This document shows, in pieces, positions 38,621-48,559 of a stretch of 64,000 nt of DNA. Each line of letters begins with the position of its first letter. Positions within the stretch are counted from its first letter, which is position 1. The notes beneath the pieces were generated by a model. It ran no database searches. It worked only from the letters and a program-made list of their open reading frames with translations, and was not told the origin of the DNA. The position numbers and the translations under genes were made by a program. Source of the DNA: Elusimicrobiota bacterium (GTDB lineage: Bacteria; CG03; SLGR01). The stretch lies in contig PWEK01000012.1 in the NCBI GenBank assembly GCA_003553445.1, positions 1,844-65,843 of the forward strand, given 5' to 3'.

Positions 38621-40534
38621 ATGGATTTTTTTGAGAATCAGGAAAAAGCCAGGCGTAAAACCGGCCTTCTCGTTTTCTACTACTGCCTGGCAGTGCTTTT
38701 TATAGTAGCAGGCGTATATTCCGTACTGATACTATTGCTGAGTATGTTAAACTCCCAGGAGGGCTACGAAGTCTATGGCTTCTGGCATCCGGAACTCCTG
38801 GCCGGCGCTGCGACGGTAACACTGCTCATAATTGCAGCCGGAACCCTCTACAAGGTTCACCAGCTCTCCAGGGGAGGAAAATCTGTGGCCGAGCTGCTGG
38901 GAGGCAGGCCTGCAAATCCACAGAGTGAGGATAAAAAAGAACATATCCTTTTAAACGTTGTTGAAGAGATGGCCATAGCCTCGGGCATGCAGATTCCCCG
39001 GGTGTATATACTGGACAATGAAAAATCAATCAACGCTTTCGCAGCCGGTTTTAATACCGATGACGCCGTAATCGGAGTAACAAGGGGGGCTTTAGAAAAG
39101 TTTTCCAGGGATGAACTTCAGGGAGTCATCGCGCATGAATTCAGCCACATAATTAACGGCGACATGCGCCTTAACATTAAACTTATGGGAGTACTCCACG
39201 GGATACTGATTATCTCTTTTATTGGTTTTGCGGTATTACGCTCCACTCTCTTTAGATCAACCAGAAGAAGAAGATCAAGGTCCTCCCGGGAAGGCACAAT
39301 AGCCATTGTTATATTGGGCATAGCGCTTATTATAATCGGGTATGTCGGGGTCTTTTTCGGAAATATTATAAAAAGCGCAATCTCAAGGCAGAGAGAATAT
39401 CTTGCTGACTCCGCAGCCGTTCAGTACACAAGAAATCCTTCAGGCATTAAAGGCGCGCTGAAAAAAATAGCCCGGATTGCAAAAGGCTCCGAAATTGAGA
39501 ATTCTCATGCCCAGGAGGCAAGCCACCTTTTCTTCTCTAACGGCATATCAAGCGCCATCATGAATCTGATGTCCACCCACCCCCCCATCAATGAAAGAAT
39601 AAAGAGAATAGACCCCGGTTTTTCCGGGGAAACTAAAGCTGACCTTTCCCACCTTCAGGCGGACTCGCCCGTTAAGGGCTTTGCAGGGGGCGGCTCTTTC
39701 GCTGTAGATACAGAGAAGGTTAAATCTTCTGTTGGAAAGACCAACCCGGAAAATCTGGCGTATGCAGGGAAAATAATGAGGGGAATCAAGGATCCGGTAG
39801 TTAATGCCGCCCATAAGCTTCCGCATGCAAAGGCGGTCGTATATTCACTTTTACTCAGCAATAACCTCCCGGTAAGGGAAAAACAGCTGACATTGATAAA
39901 CTCACAATCTGAAAAGCAGGTCATCGAAACAATAAAAGAAATTAAACACCAAATAACAGAACTTCCTCCTGAGTACCGCATTCCCCTGCTGGACATTTCC
40001 ATCGCAACCCTTAAAGAAATGGAGCCGGAAGATTTTCCTGATTTTAAGAATACCATTTTGAGGCTCGTTGATGCCGACGGAAAAATATCCCTTTTTGAAT
40101 ACACCGTTAAAACAATGCTACTAAGGCATCTCGAATACTCCTTTTCAAAACCATCGTCCCCTCAGGTTAAATACCGCAGCATCAAATCTCTTAATGAAGA
40201 AGTCCGAATAATATTATCAGCTCTTGCCCATCACGGTGTTGATGATAAAAAAATGAGAGCGGAAGCTTTCTCAAAAGCCTCCTCCAGGCTGGGCTTGCCT
40301 GCATCTTTGACTATGATTCCCCTTGAGAAATGCACTCTTGAGGAGTTTGATAAGTCCCTGAAAAAAGTAGAGAAGTCCTCGCCGAACCTTAAAAGAGTTA
40401 TTATATACGCCTGCGCCGAGTGCGTTACCGCTGACGGCGTTGTGACCTTAAAACAGTATGAAATGTTAAGGGCTGCAGCCGATGCAGCCGGATGCCCCTT
40501 TCCACCCCTGGCCCCCGGCAAAATAGACAAATAA
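38621..40534 (+). CDS. M48 (HtpX-like) membrane zinc metalloprotease, long form
   Basis: MDFFENQEKARRKT, NVVEEMAIASG, INAFAAG, ELQGVIAHEFSH, SRQREYLAD, STHPP. Confidence 0.93.
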   Translation: MDFFENQEKARRKTGLLVFYYCLAVLFIVAGVYSVLILLLSMLNSQEGYEVYGFWHPELLAGAATVTLLIIAAGTLYKVHQLSRGGKSVAELLGGRPANPQSEDKKEHILLNVVEEMAIASGMQIPRVYILDNEKSINAFAAGFNTDDAVIGVTRGALEKFSRDELQGVIAHEFSHIINGDMRLNIKLMGVLHGILIISFIGFAVLRSTLFRSTRRRRSRSSREGTIAIVILGIALIIIGYVGVFFGNIIKSAISRQREYLADSAAVQYTRNPSGIKGALKKIARIAKGSEIENSHAQEASHLFFSNGISSAIMNLMSTHPPINERIKRIDPGFSGETKADLSHLQADSPVKGFAGGGSFAVDTEKVKSSVGKTNPENLAYAGKIMRGIKDPVVNAAHKLPHAKAVVYSLLLSNNLPVREKQLTLINSQSEKQVIETIKEIKHQITELPPEYRIPLLDISIATLKEMEPEDFPDFKNTILRLVDADGKISLFEYTVKTMLLRHLEYSFSKPSSPQVKYRSIKSLNEEVRIILSALAHHGVDDKKMRAEAFSKASSRLGLPASLTMIPLEKCTLEEFDKSLKKVEKSSPNLKRVIIYACAECVTADGVVTLKQYEMLRAAADAAGCPFPPLAPGKIDK

Positions 40535-40547
40535 TTCTGCAGATTTT

Positions 40548-40589
40548 TCTTTTTGCGCAAAATTTGAAGAAAATTTGATGTAACTTTGA
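40548..40589. repeat. Four direct repeats at 11-bp period (array copy 3, reverse orientation, upstream of the S8 protease)
   Basis: TCTTTTTGC at 40548, AAAATTTGA at 40559, AAAATTTGA at 40570, TAACTTTGA at 40581. A -10-like TATCAT lies at 40604-40609. Confidence 0.8.
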
Positions 40590-40632
40590 TTTTCTCCTGT
40601 TTATATCATTAATGAAGGCCGGAGAAATAAAG

Positions 40633-43290
40633 ATGAAAACCCTTAAAACACTTATTGGGATTCTTATTCTATTATGCATAAAATCAGCCACTAATGCCGC
40701 TGAATTCACCTTATACGAAACTTCTGAAGGAATAAAGACAGAGGCCGTAAAAAATGAACTTCTTGTAAGGTTCAACCCTGGAGTCACCAATATGGAAAAA
40801 AAGATTTGTTTTCATTCATATGGAATTGATAAAATCAAATCAATCCCCCGTATAAACATTAAAAAGATAAGGGTTCCTGACGGTCAGTTAAAAAAAGTAA
40901 AGCGGGGATTGAAAAACAGCCGCATTGTAGATTACGCAGGATTAAACACAGTATACCATGCTCAGCAAGACTACCGTCTTCCCGGGGAATATAATAATCT
41001 CGAAGAGATGGAGGAAGCCCAATGGGGATTAGTTAAAACCCGCCTGCCTTCCGCGTGGGATATAGAGACAGGCACTGACGTTGTAATAGCTATTATTGAC
41101 AGCGGTGTTGATATGAACCATGAAACCCTGAAAGAAAACATCTGGATTAACCCGAATGAAAAGAAAAACGGGAAAGACACCAGCGGCAGCGGATACATTG
41201 ACGATCTCTATGGATGGGATTTTGTAAATGATAACAATGATCCCGATGATGACAACAATCATGGAACTCATGTAGCAGGTATAGCCGCCGCGGCAGAAAA
41301 CGGAGTCGGTATTGTGGGGGCTTCCTGGAGAAGCAGAATAATGTCACTAAAGGTATTGGATTCAAGAGGTTCCGGCACAGAATCCGCCCTTGCTGAAGCC
41401 ATCATATACGCTGCGGACAACAACGCCCACATTATAAACATGAGTCTCGGAACTTCCGAAGAACTTGAAGCGGTAAATGAAGCCGCAGAATATGCGCGAA
41501 AAAAAGAAACTCTACTAATAGCCGCAAGGGGCAACAATAACAGCAGCGGTCCTTTTTATCCTGCTTCTTATGATAACATCATCTCAGTGGCAGCAACGGA
41601 TCCCGATGACGATAAAGCATCTTTTTCAAGCTATGGCAGTGAGGAAACAGACCTTGCCGCACCCGGAACTGATATCTTCTCCGCTGATTTAAATGACAGC
41701 TACAGGCATGCCAACGGAACATCCATGTCATCCCCTTTTGTAGCCGGCATAGCCGCCCTGGCAATCTCATACATGGAAAGATGGAATATTGAATGGGATG
41801 TAGATAAAATAAAGAAATTACTGTATGAGGCCTGTGACGATATAAACAACGAAGCACTGGGACACGGCCGGATCAATGCTTCAAAACTTATGAATGAACT
41901 GGATGTTTTTAAAATAGAGGCCGAACGCACGTTTGTCTATTCAGATGAAAATACCGTTTCTTTGATACTGAGTGAAAAGATGCATGACCCCTCCGGTAAA
42001 GAAGGACTTTTCCAATACCGAGTAAACAATGGAGACCCACAGGATTTCAGCTCCATTAAACTCCATAAAGAAAATTCTTATAAATTCATTTTGGAAAAAG
42101 CCGGTGAAGAAATACAATACGGAGACCAGGTGAAGCTGAGCTACGAAGGCGGAGACATTCAATCGTTTTCCGGATACAGAATCATTCCATTTTCCGAAAA
42201 AAAAGTTGAGGTCATAGAGAGAGCGTATAAGGCAGACATTTCGGCCGAAGCAGGAGACAAGGCCGCCGGAGAAGATACTAAAATAACAATTGAAGTAAAA
42301 GACTCCGAAGGCAGGACCGATAAAACATTCAGCGGTAAGAACGCCCTGGAAGTCAGTCTTTTTAATGAATCAAAATCTGTGCCGAAAGCAAATATTGGCG
42401 AAACCCCAATAAATACGAAAACCTTAAAAATCAATTTCCTTTTTGAAGAAGGAGTTGCGATTGAAAATCTTACTGTCTATTCCGGGGGTAAACATCAGAT
42501 AACTCTGCATCTGGACGCTTTAAAAACACCCGCTGAAAAGATAATATCCCTCACGACAACTCATGAAGAAGAACAAACTGAAAAAGTAAAAAAGAACGGC
42601 GAAACTGTATGCAGCTTTACAATTCCGCCGGCCCAAATTCCTATATACTTAAAAATAAGAGACTTAAACACCCGGCAAAAAGAAAAAGTCAACACCGCAA
42701 ACAAAAAGCTAAATGAAAACATTTTAACAGGCATTACACCCGTATACAGTTACGCTGTGATGAGCCGGGAAGGAGAAGAAATCGAAGATATCTCATCGGT
42801 TTTAACAGAAGAGATAAAACTTCGACTTCACTATCAAGATGATGTTTTCAAATCCAAAGGCGATAATCTAATCCGTATGGTTAAGCTGGATAAAAACCAC
42901 AAAAAATGGAATCAAATAAATAAGGATAAAATCATTATAAATAAAAAGGAACAATGGGTGGAAGTCAAACTTTCAGATAATCACATATGCAAACTCGTTT
43001 GTGAAACTCCCCCGCCGCTGGAGGAGCTTTACGTCTATCCAAATCCTCTTAAACCTTCCGACCCCGCACACAGAGAGGCGCCGGGAGGCGGCATAGTCAT
43101 AGAAAACCTTCCTAAAAACTCACATGTAAGAATTTTCAATATAGCCGGTGACCTTATTGACGACTTTTCAAACTATGATAGCCACCGCATAAACTGGGAA
43201 AAAGCCTCCGAAATCTCCTCCGGAGTCTATATTCTCGTTGCTACATACAGGGGAAATACTAAAACACAGAAATTCTCCGTGGTAAAATGA
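40633..43290 (+). CDS. Secreted S8 subtilisin-family protease with SwmB-like/Ig-like domains and a Por/T9SS-like C-terminal domain (ORF open from 40612)
   Basis: Catalytic motifs IAIIDSGVD, HGTHVAGIAA, GTSMSSPFVAG. C-terminal LYVYPNP...VRIFNIAGDLI...W...SSGVYIL...KFSVVK. Confidence 0.92.
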   Translation: MKTLKTLIGILILLCIKSATNAAEFTLYETSEGIKTEAVKNELLVRFNPGVTNMEKKICFHSYGIDKIKSIPRINIKKIRVPDGQLKKVKRGLKNSRIVDYAGLNTVYHAQQDYRLPGEYNNLEEMEEAQWGLVKTRLPSAWDIETGTDVVIAIIDSGVDMNHETLKENIWINPNEKKNGKDTSGSGYIDDLYGWDFVNDNNDPDDDNNHGTHVAGIAAAAENGVGIVGASWRSRIMSLKVLDSRGSGTESALAEAIIYAADNNAHIINMSLGTSEELEAVNEAAEYARKKETLLIAARGNNNSSGPFYPASYDNIISVAATDPDDDKASFSSYGSEETDLAAPGTDIFSADLNDSYRHANGTSMSSPFVAGIAALAISYMERWNIEWDVDKIKKLLYEACDDINNEALGHGRINASKLMNELDVFKIEAERTFVYSDENTVSLILSEKMHDPSGKEGLFQYRVNNGDPQDFSSIKLHKENSYKFILEKAGEEIQYGDQVKLSYEGGDIQSFSGYRIIPFSEKKVEVIERAYKADISAEAGDKAAGEDTKITIEVKDSEGRTDKTFSGKNALEVSLFNESKSVPKANIGETPINTKTLKINFLFEEGVAIENLTVYSGGKHQITLHLDALKTPAEKIISLTTTHEEEQTEKVKKNGETVCSFTIPPAQIPIYLKIRDLNTRQKEKVNTANKKLNENILTGITPVYSYAVMSREGEEIEDISSVLTEEIKLRLHYQDDVFKSKGDNLIRMVKLDKNHKKWNQINKDKIIINKKEQWVEVKLSDNHICKLVCETPPPLEELYVYPNPLKPSDPAHREAPGGGIVIENLPKNSHVRIFNIAGDLIDDFSNYDSHRINWEKASEISSGVYILVATYRGNTKTQKFSVVK

Positions 43291-43317
43291 CACCCGCACA
43301 CATTTAAGCGATCATTA

Positions 43318-43345
43318 TTGACACAATTATAAATACTAGTAAAAT
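43318..43345 (+). promoter_or_regulatory. Sigma70-type promoter of the GNAT gene
   Basis: TTGACA, 16 nt, TAAAAT. The ATG follows after 8 nt with no SD. Confidence 0.65.
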
Positions 43346-43353
43346 TTTCTTTT

Positions 43354-44022
43354 ATGAAACAGAATAAAAGATTAAAACCAGCTGCGATTTCTATTCCTTC
43401 AGAAAAAATAAATGAAGCTGCTGAGGCTATAGCGCTGGCCTTTCATACAGAAAATTTCACAAGAACGCTTTTGAACCTGGAAAATAAGCGAGTTCTCCCA
43501 TACATGATAAAAGCTTTCGAGCTTCAGATAAAAACAAATATCCTTTCCGGCTTTCCTGTATGGACGGTTATAAAAGATAATAAAGTAGCAGGAGTTGCGG
43601 TTATCAAACCTCCCGGCCGAAGGAAAATTTCACTCCACAAAACAGCGCATCTTTTATATCGTTTCATTAAAATCCTCCCGATATTTCGATTTATGAGGAT
43701 TAAGAACATCCCCCTTCTGAAATCTCTTTCAAGGAAGCCCTCATTTGTCCCTGAAAAACACAGCACACTGGATATTCTTGCCGTGAATCCCTCTTTTCAG
43801 GGACAGGGAGTCGGAAGAATACTCTTTGAAAAATTAAAAAATGATTCTTTCAAAAAGAACAACTGCTCAGGCATATACCTTCTGACAGGAAATGAATCGA
43901 ACTGGAAAATATATAATCATATGGGATTTAAAACTATTCTAAAAAGAAAGAAAAAGAATTTTACGGCATATCATATGTTTTTGGAAAATGAAAATAATAA
44001 AGGAGATACTAATGGACATTAA
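43354..44022 (+). CDS. GNAT-family N-acetyltransferase
   Basis: LDILAVNPSFQGQGVGRIL (motif A), IYLLT...N..IYNHMGF. Confidence 0.88.
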   Translation: MKQNKRLKPAAISIPSEKINEAAEAIALAFHTENFTRTLLNLENKRVLPYMIKAFELQIKTNILSGFPVWTVIKDNKVAGVAVIKPPGRRKISLHKTAHLLYRFIKILPIFRFMRIKNIPLLKSLSRKPSFVPEKHSTLDILAVNPSFQGQGVGRILFEKLKNDSFKKNNCSGIYLLTGNESNWKIYNHMGFKTILKRKKKNFTAYHMFLENENNKGDTNGH

Positions 44023-44284
44023 AGTATTTTTAGCCGCTTTCTGGGCCATACTTTTAGCAGAACTGGCTGACAAAACACAGCTGGCGGGAATTACAATGTC
44101 GGCCACAACCGGAAAACCATTCACAGTCTGGCTGGGTTCGGTGGCCGCTTTCAGCATAGCTTCGGCTGTATCCGTAACTCTGGGAATGCTGTTGAACAGG
44201 TATATCAAACCTGAATTCATCAGATACTTTGGAGGAATTGTTTTTATTGTCATGGGAACCCTTATACTCTTTAAAAAAATTTGA
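44012..44284 (+). CDS. Half-size TMEM165/GDT1 (UPF0016) family protein
   Basis: LAELADKTQLA (E-x-G-D-K-T variant), 3 TM helices, AAGGAG SD before ATG 44012. Confidence 0.85.
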   Translation: MDIKVFLAAFWAILLAELADKTQLAGITMSATTGKPFTVWLGSVAAFSIASAVSVTLGMLLNRYIKPEFIRYFGGIVFIVMGTLILFKKI

Positions 44285-44309
44285 CAACCCTTTTAATATG
44301 CAGTAAAGT
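44281..44309 (+). promoter_or_regulatory. Sigma70-type promoter of the permease pair
   Basis: TTGACA, 17 nt, TAAAGT. Confidence 0.55.
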
Positions 44310-44369
44310 GAAAATAGATTCACATTTGTTGTTTACATTCTTCACGGATAGCCCGATGGAAATAATTAA

Positions 44370-45611
44370 ATGTTTTTTATAAAAATTGCTTTAAGAAACA
44401 TAATGCGAAACCGGAAAAGGACACTGCTTACATCCGGTGTTATAGCAGCCGCAGTCTTTGTATTTCTCTCACTTGACTCTCACCTGGCCAGCATGGATGA
44501 AATGGCATATGACAACATAATTGATTTTGAAACCGCCCACATACAGATCACAACTTCTCAATACTGGGAGGAAAAAGACGACCTCCCGTTAAAAAAGCTT
44601 TTATCTCATAACCGCGAACTTCAATCAGCAATTGAACAAACAAGCGATTTCCTTGCCTCATCAATACGGCTGGATTTCCAGGCCCGTCTTAACGACGGAA
44701 GGGAAGAACTTCCGGTTACTGCCCGGGCGATTGAGGAAGAAAGTTTCCGCGGCATTATGAAAATAAATGATTATATTATCCAGGGATCCTTTTTCAAACC
44801 GGGAGAAAAAAAGGCTCTCCTTGGAAAAGAGCTGGCTGAAGATATTAACCTTACAGAAGGAGATTACTTCACTCTGGTTTTCAGAACGAAAGACAATTTT
44901 TTTAACACACTTGAACTTCAGGTAAAGGGCCTCTTTCATTCTCCAAACCCGGATATAAATAAGAATATTGTTTTTCTTCCACTGGAGACAGCGCAAGAGG
45001 CCCTTAATGCGCATGGAGAGATAAGCCATCTGATGATAAGACTGAAGGAAAAGAAAAACACCGAAAAAGCAGCAGGGTTTCTTAAAAATAAACTTGCCGA
45101 ATTCCAGAATTCCTTTGCAGTCGTTCCCTGGTATGAACTTGAAGCTGTGGGGGTCAGCGAAGCAAAAAACATGGGTAATCAGCTTATTCTAACAATAATA
45201 CTTCTTATAGCGGCAATAGGGATAATAAACTCGGTTATTCTTTCCGCCCTTGAACGGATGCACGAAACCGGCATGATGAAAGCAATGGGGGTTACAGAAA
45301 AAAGCATTGTCTTTATATACATTATCGAATCAGCCGGAATAGCTATTTTAGGGATATTCTTCGGCTCTCTGGCTGCCTCCGGCGCAATAACCTACCTTTC
45401 TAAATACGGCATTGATTATTCGTTTCTCTGGGGTGAACTCGGCCGGTTCGGCATCCCTATAATAGGCCCGATATACGGGGTCTGGGTTCCTGAGTCTTTT
45501 TTATTTATCTCCATTTTCTGCATTATTGTCGCTGTTTCAGCCAGCCTTCCGCCCTCTATATGGGCTGCGCGCAAAGACGCCGTTGAAACAATACACAGAA
45601 AGAAGGCATAA
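44370..45611 (+). CDS. ABC transporter permease (LolC/E, MacB/FtsX-like)
   Basis: IALRNIMRNRKRTLLT, large periplasmic domain, ERMHETGMMKAMG, 4-TM topology. Confidence 0.9.
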   Translation: MFFIKIALRNIMRNRKRTLLTSGVIAAAVFVFLSLDSHLASMDEMAYDNIIDFETAHIQITTSQYWEEKDDLPLKKLLSHNRELQSAIEQTSDFLASSIRLDFQARLNDGREELPVTARAIEEESFRGIMKINDYIIQGSFFKPGEKKALLGKELAEDINLTEGDYFTLVFRTKDNFFNTLELQVKGLFHSPNPDINKNIVFLPLETAQEALNAHGEISHLMIRLKEKKNTEKAAGFLKNKLAEFQNSFAVVPWYELEAVGVSEAKNMGNQLILTIILLIAAIGIINSVILSALERMHETGMMKAMGVTEKSIVFIYIIESAGIAILGIFFGSLAASGAITYLSKYGIDYSFLWGELGRFGIPIIGPIYGVWVPESFLFISIFCIIVAVSASLPPSIWAARKDAVETIHRKKA

Positions 45612-46868
45612 ATGAAAGGTAATCTTAAACTGGCTCTGAAAAACATTTCCCGACACAGGCTCAGAACCGCAGTTTCCATCTCCGCAGTAATTTTATCTGT
45701 AGCAGTTGTCGTATTTGCCAGGGGGTGGGTCAACGGGGTTATCCATAATGTCAGCGAATCCTACTTTCACTACCAGACAGGTCATATAAGAATAATAGAT
45801 GAAGACTACCAGAGGCGGGAGAGGGTTCTTTCCCTGCGCTACCCGGTTACGGGTATAAACAGGGAAGACGTTTCAGAAACGGCAACAGCCTTAAAAGGGA
45901 TTGAAGGCATAGATTTAGCCCTGCCGCGCATTAAATTCGGAGCCATGGCAAGCACGGATGATGAATTAATCACACTAATGGGCTGGGGAGTGGACCCTGA
46001 AAAGGAAAAGAAATTCACCTCAATAGAAAACAAAATTGACAGAGGAAGGATGATAAGGGACGGAAAACAGGAAATTCTTATAGGATACAGGCTTTTAGAT
46101 GATCTCGGTATCACTGTGGGAGACCGTATTACGCTGATATTCAACACCGCCTACGGCTCAATCCAGGGAAGAACTTTAGTTGTAGCAGGCCGAATCAAAA
46201 GCACCCTTAAGCCTCTTAATGAAAAAATATTTTACCTGCCGCTGGACATCGCTCAGAATATGCTTCATATGGAAGGGCGGGCCACAGAAATTGTCATTGC
46301 CACCTCTTCAATAAACAAGACCGGGCAGTTAACAGCTGAAATCTCTTCTTTTCTAGCGCAAAATTATCCCGAAAACAACTATAAAGCAATACCCTGGTAT
46401 GAATCCGGAACAATGGTGGAATCGATATTTCTCATCCGATACATTTACAATTTTATTTACATTTTCATAATCGGCCTGGCATCTTTTATTGTAGTCAACA
46501 CTATGATAATGGTAGTTTCCGAAAGAACCGGTGAAATCGGAATGATGAAAGCCATGGGAATGAAGAAAAGCCAGATAATGAACCTTTTTCTTTCAGAGGC
46601 AGCCCTGAAAGGCGGCATTGGAAGTTTCGCAGGCGCTCTCCTGGGGGGAGCTATCACCTCATACTTATCGGTAAAAGGAATAGTTCTCGGAGATGAAGGC
46701 CTTCTTGGCGAAGAAATACTTATGGGGTCTGTTATTTACCCGGTTTTCTCTTATTCCAATATGATTTTCGGTTTTATCCTGGGCTCAATCATAGTAACTG
46801 CCGCAGGATATTTTCCCGCAAAAAAAGCCGCAAAACTCACCCCTACAGAAGCGCTCAGGGAATTTTAA
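45612..46868 (+). CDS. ABC transporter permease (LolC/E, MacB/FtsX-like)
   Basis: LALKNISRHRLRT, ERTGEIGMMKAMG, PAKKAAKLTPTEALR. Confidence 0.9.
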   Translation: MKGNLKLALKNISRHRLRTAVSISAVILSVAVVVFARGWVNGVIHNVSESYFHYQTGHIRIIDEDYQRRERVLSLRYPVTGINREDVSETATALKGIEGIDLALPRIKFGAMASTDDELITLMGWGVDPEKEKKFTSIENKIDRGRMIRDGKQEILIGYRLLDDLGITVGDRITLIFNTAYGSIQGRTLVVAGRIKSTLKPLNEKIFYLPLDIAQNMLHMEGRATEIVIATSSINKTGQLTAEISSFLAQNYPENNYKAIPWYESGTMVESIFLIRYIYNFIYIFIIGLASFIVVNTMIMVVSERTGEIGMMKAMGMKKSQIMNLFLSEAALKGGIGSFAGALLGGAITSYLSVKGIVLGDEGLLGEEILMGSVIYPVFSYSNMIFGFILGSIIVTAAGYFPAKKAAKLTPTEALREF

Positions 46869-47722
46869 CTTCCCAGAAGTCTTGCAAGATCAACCCTCAG
46901 TCCCATTGTAAGCGAACCGTAGTTGCCCCAGTTATCTATATTTTTATTCTTCACATCCGCTCCGCCGCCAAGAAGCCGGCCCCCGAAAACCAGTTCGGTA
47001 GAGGAAGAAACAGGCAGCCCCACAGACACCCTCAGGTCATAAATGGCGCCTTCGACCGTATCGCTTAGCAATCCGAAGGTGGAAAACCCGTCGCCCTCCA
47101 GCTGCAGCCACATCCCGCTGTTGCAGGGTTCGTAACGCAATCTGCCCTTTAAAGCAAAAACAACACCTATATCATTTTCACTTTCGTATTTATCTCCCCC
47201 CACTTCCTTGAAAGAGACCTCTGCATTTCTTATCTGAACAGAACCCCCTAAATCAGCGTTTGTTTTATCACCGGGCATTACTCTGTAGATATAACTTACG
47301 CGGTAGCCGTCAAATAGATAACGGTGGTTTACCAGTGTCCCCCGGCTGAACTGAGTTCCCCTGAAAGTAATATCCTTATCCAGATTTACAACCGTTGAAA
47401 CATCAAAAGGGGCATACAGAAATATCAGCCGGTGACGCTGTAGAAAGCCTATCTCCATGGATGCCCTCCTGGAAAGAACCAGATTTCTCTGCTGTCCGAC
47501 ATCATCGGCGCTGTATTCTGTTCCGTCTTCCCCGTACCTGCCGTCATTTTGAAAAATATAAAGAGGCCCCGTCTCGTACTCAAAAGTGGAATCATCAAAG
47601 ACAGTAAACAGGCTCTCATACTCTTGCTGCTGAAATAAACCCTGGGAGAAAACCGGCTTCGCCCCTGAAAGAAAAAACACCCCTATTACCGTTATAGCCA
47701 GAAAGTATTTAGATATTTTCAT
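46865..47722 (-). CDS. Putative outer-membrane beta-barrel protein
   Basis: Signal peptide and amphipathic beta strands (YRVSYIYR, LGGSVQIR, GRLLGGGA). Confidence 0.6.
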   Translation of the reverse strand: MKISKYFLAITVIGVFFLSGAKPVFSQGLFQQQEYESLFTVFDDSTFEYETGPLYIFQNDGRYGEDGTEYSADDVGQQRNLVLSRRASMEIGFLQRHRLIFLYAPFDVSTVVNLDKDITFRGTQFSRGTLVNHRYLFDGYRVSYIYRVMPGDKTNADLGGSVQIRNAEVSFKEVGGDKYESENDIGVVFALKGRLRYEPCNSGMWLQLEGDGFSTFGLLSDTVEGAIYDLRVSVGLPVSSSTELVFGGRLLGGGADVKNKNIDNWGNYGSLTMGLRVDLARLLGS

Positions 47723-47850
47723 ATATTTCTCTTGATTACATAAACAACAAATAAGATTATATTTCTTTTTTCACAACATTGTCAAATAAAAAATATCCTT
47801 TTAACCAAAGCTTCACATACGCTTATTTATTAATATAATATAATAAATAA

Positions 47851-48540
47851 ATGAATGAACAAAGAAAAGAAATACCTTTTATAATAACCATATCCTATCT
47901 GGCCGCTTTTCTAATAATACGCCTGGGTGTATACATAGCCGGTTCGGCAGAAAGTGAATTCGCCCAGGCCGCAAAGGCGGGGATCATGCCGGATGCGTCA
48001 TTCTACATCGGAAGCAACATTATACTCTTCGGATACCACATACATCATTTTTATTTCGGCGTTCTACTAATGGGGGTAGCCGGCTGGCTATCCCTTACAG
48101 CCAGCAGGCGATTCTCCGTAAAGCAGCTTGCGGTTATTTACGGCGCGGGCCTCGGTCTCTTTTTTGACGAGATAGGGCTTCTACTTACCTGGGGGGATTA
48201 CTACAGCAGCCTTTCCTATCTTTTAAGCCTTCTTCTGGCAGGAATATTTCTAAACATTATCTTTTTCAGCGGTTTCTGGGAAAGCGTAAAGGAGAATCTC
48301 TCATCATCCCGCCCGCGCACCATCGTAAGCAATATGCTGGTAAAACATACTACATTTATTAAATTTGCCGATTTCATAAGCGAAAAGACCGGCAAAACCG
48401 AAAAAACAAGCCTCATATTCACAGGATTGCTATACTTAGTTATAGCGGCTATAATAGTTGCAGTGCCCCAGACGCTAAGATACTGGGTTTCGCTTATATT
48501 CATCATACAGGGAATAGATTATTTCATAAAGTTTTTTTAG
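47851..48540 (+). CDS. Conserved hypothetical membrane protein (HIHH...GxxxDE) with a C-terminal DUF3096-like hairpin
   Basis: GYHIHHFYFG, YGAGLGLFFDEIG, multiple TM helices. Confidence 0.7.
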   Translation: MNEQRKEIPFIITISYLAAFLIIRLGVYIAGSAESEFAQAAKAGIMPDASFYIGSNIILFGYHIHHFYFGVLLMGVAGWLSLTASRRFSVKQLAVIYGAGLGLFFDEIGLLLTWGDYYSSLSYLLSLLLAGIFLNIIFFSGFWESVKENLSSSRPRTIVSNMLVKHTTFIKFADFISEKTGKTEKTSLIFTGLLYLVIAAIIVAVPQTLRYWVSLIFIIQGIDYFIKFF

Positions 48541-48559
48541 TAACCAAGGGGAGAGGACA

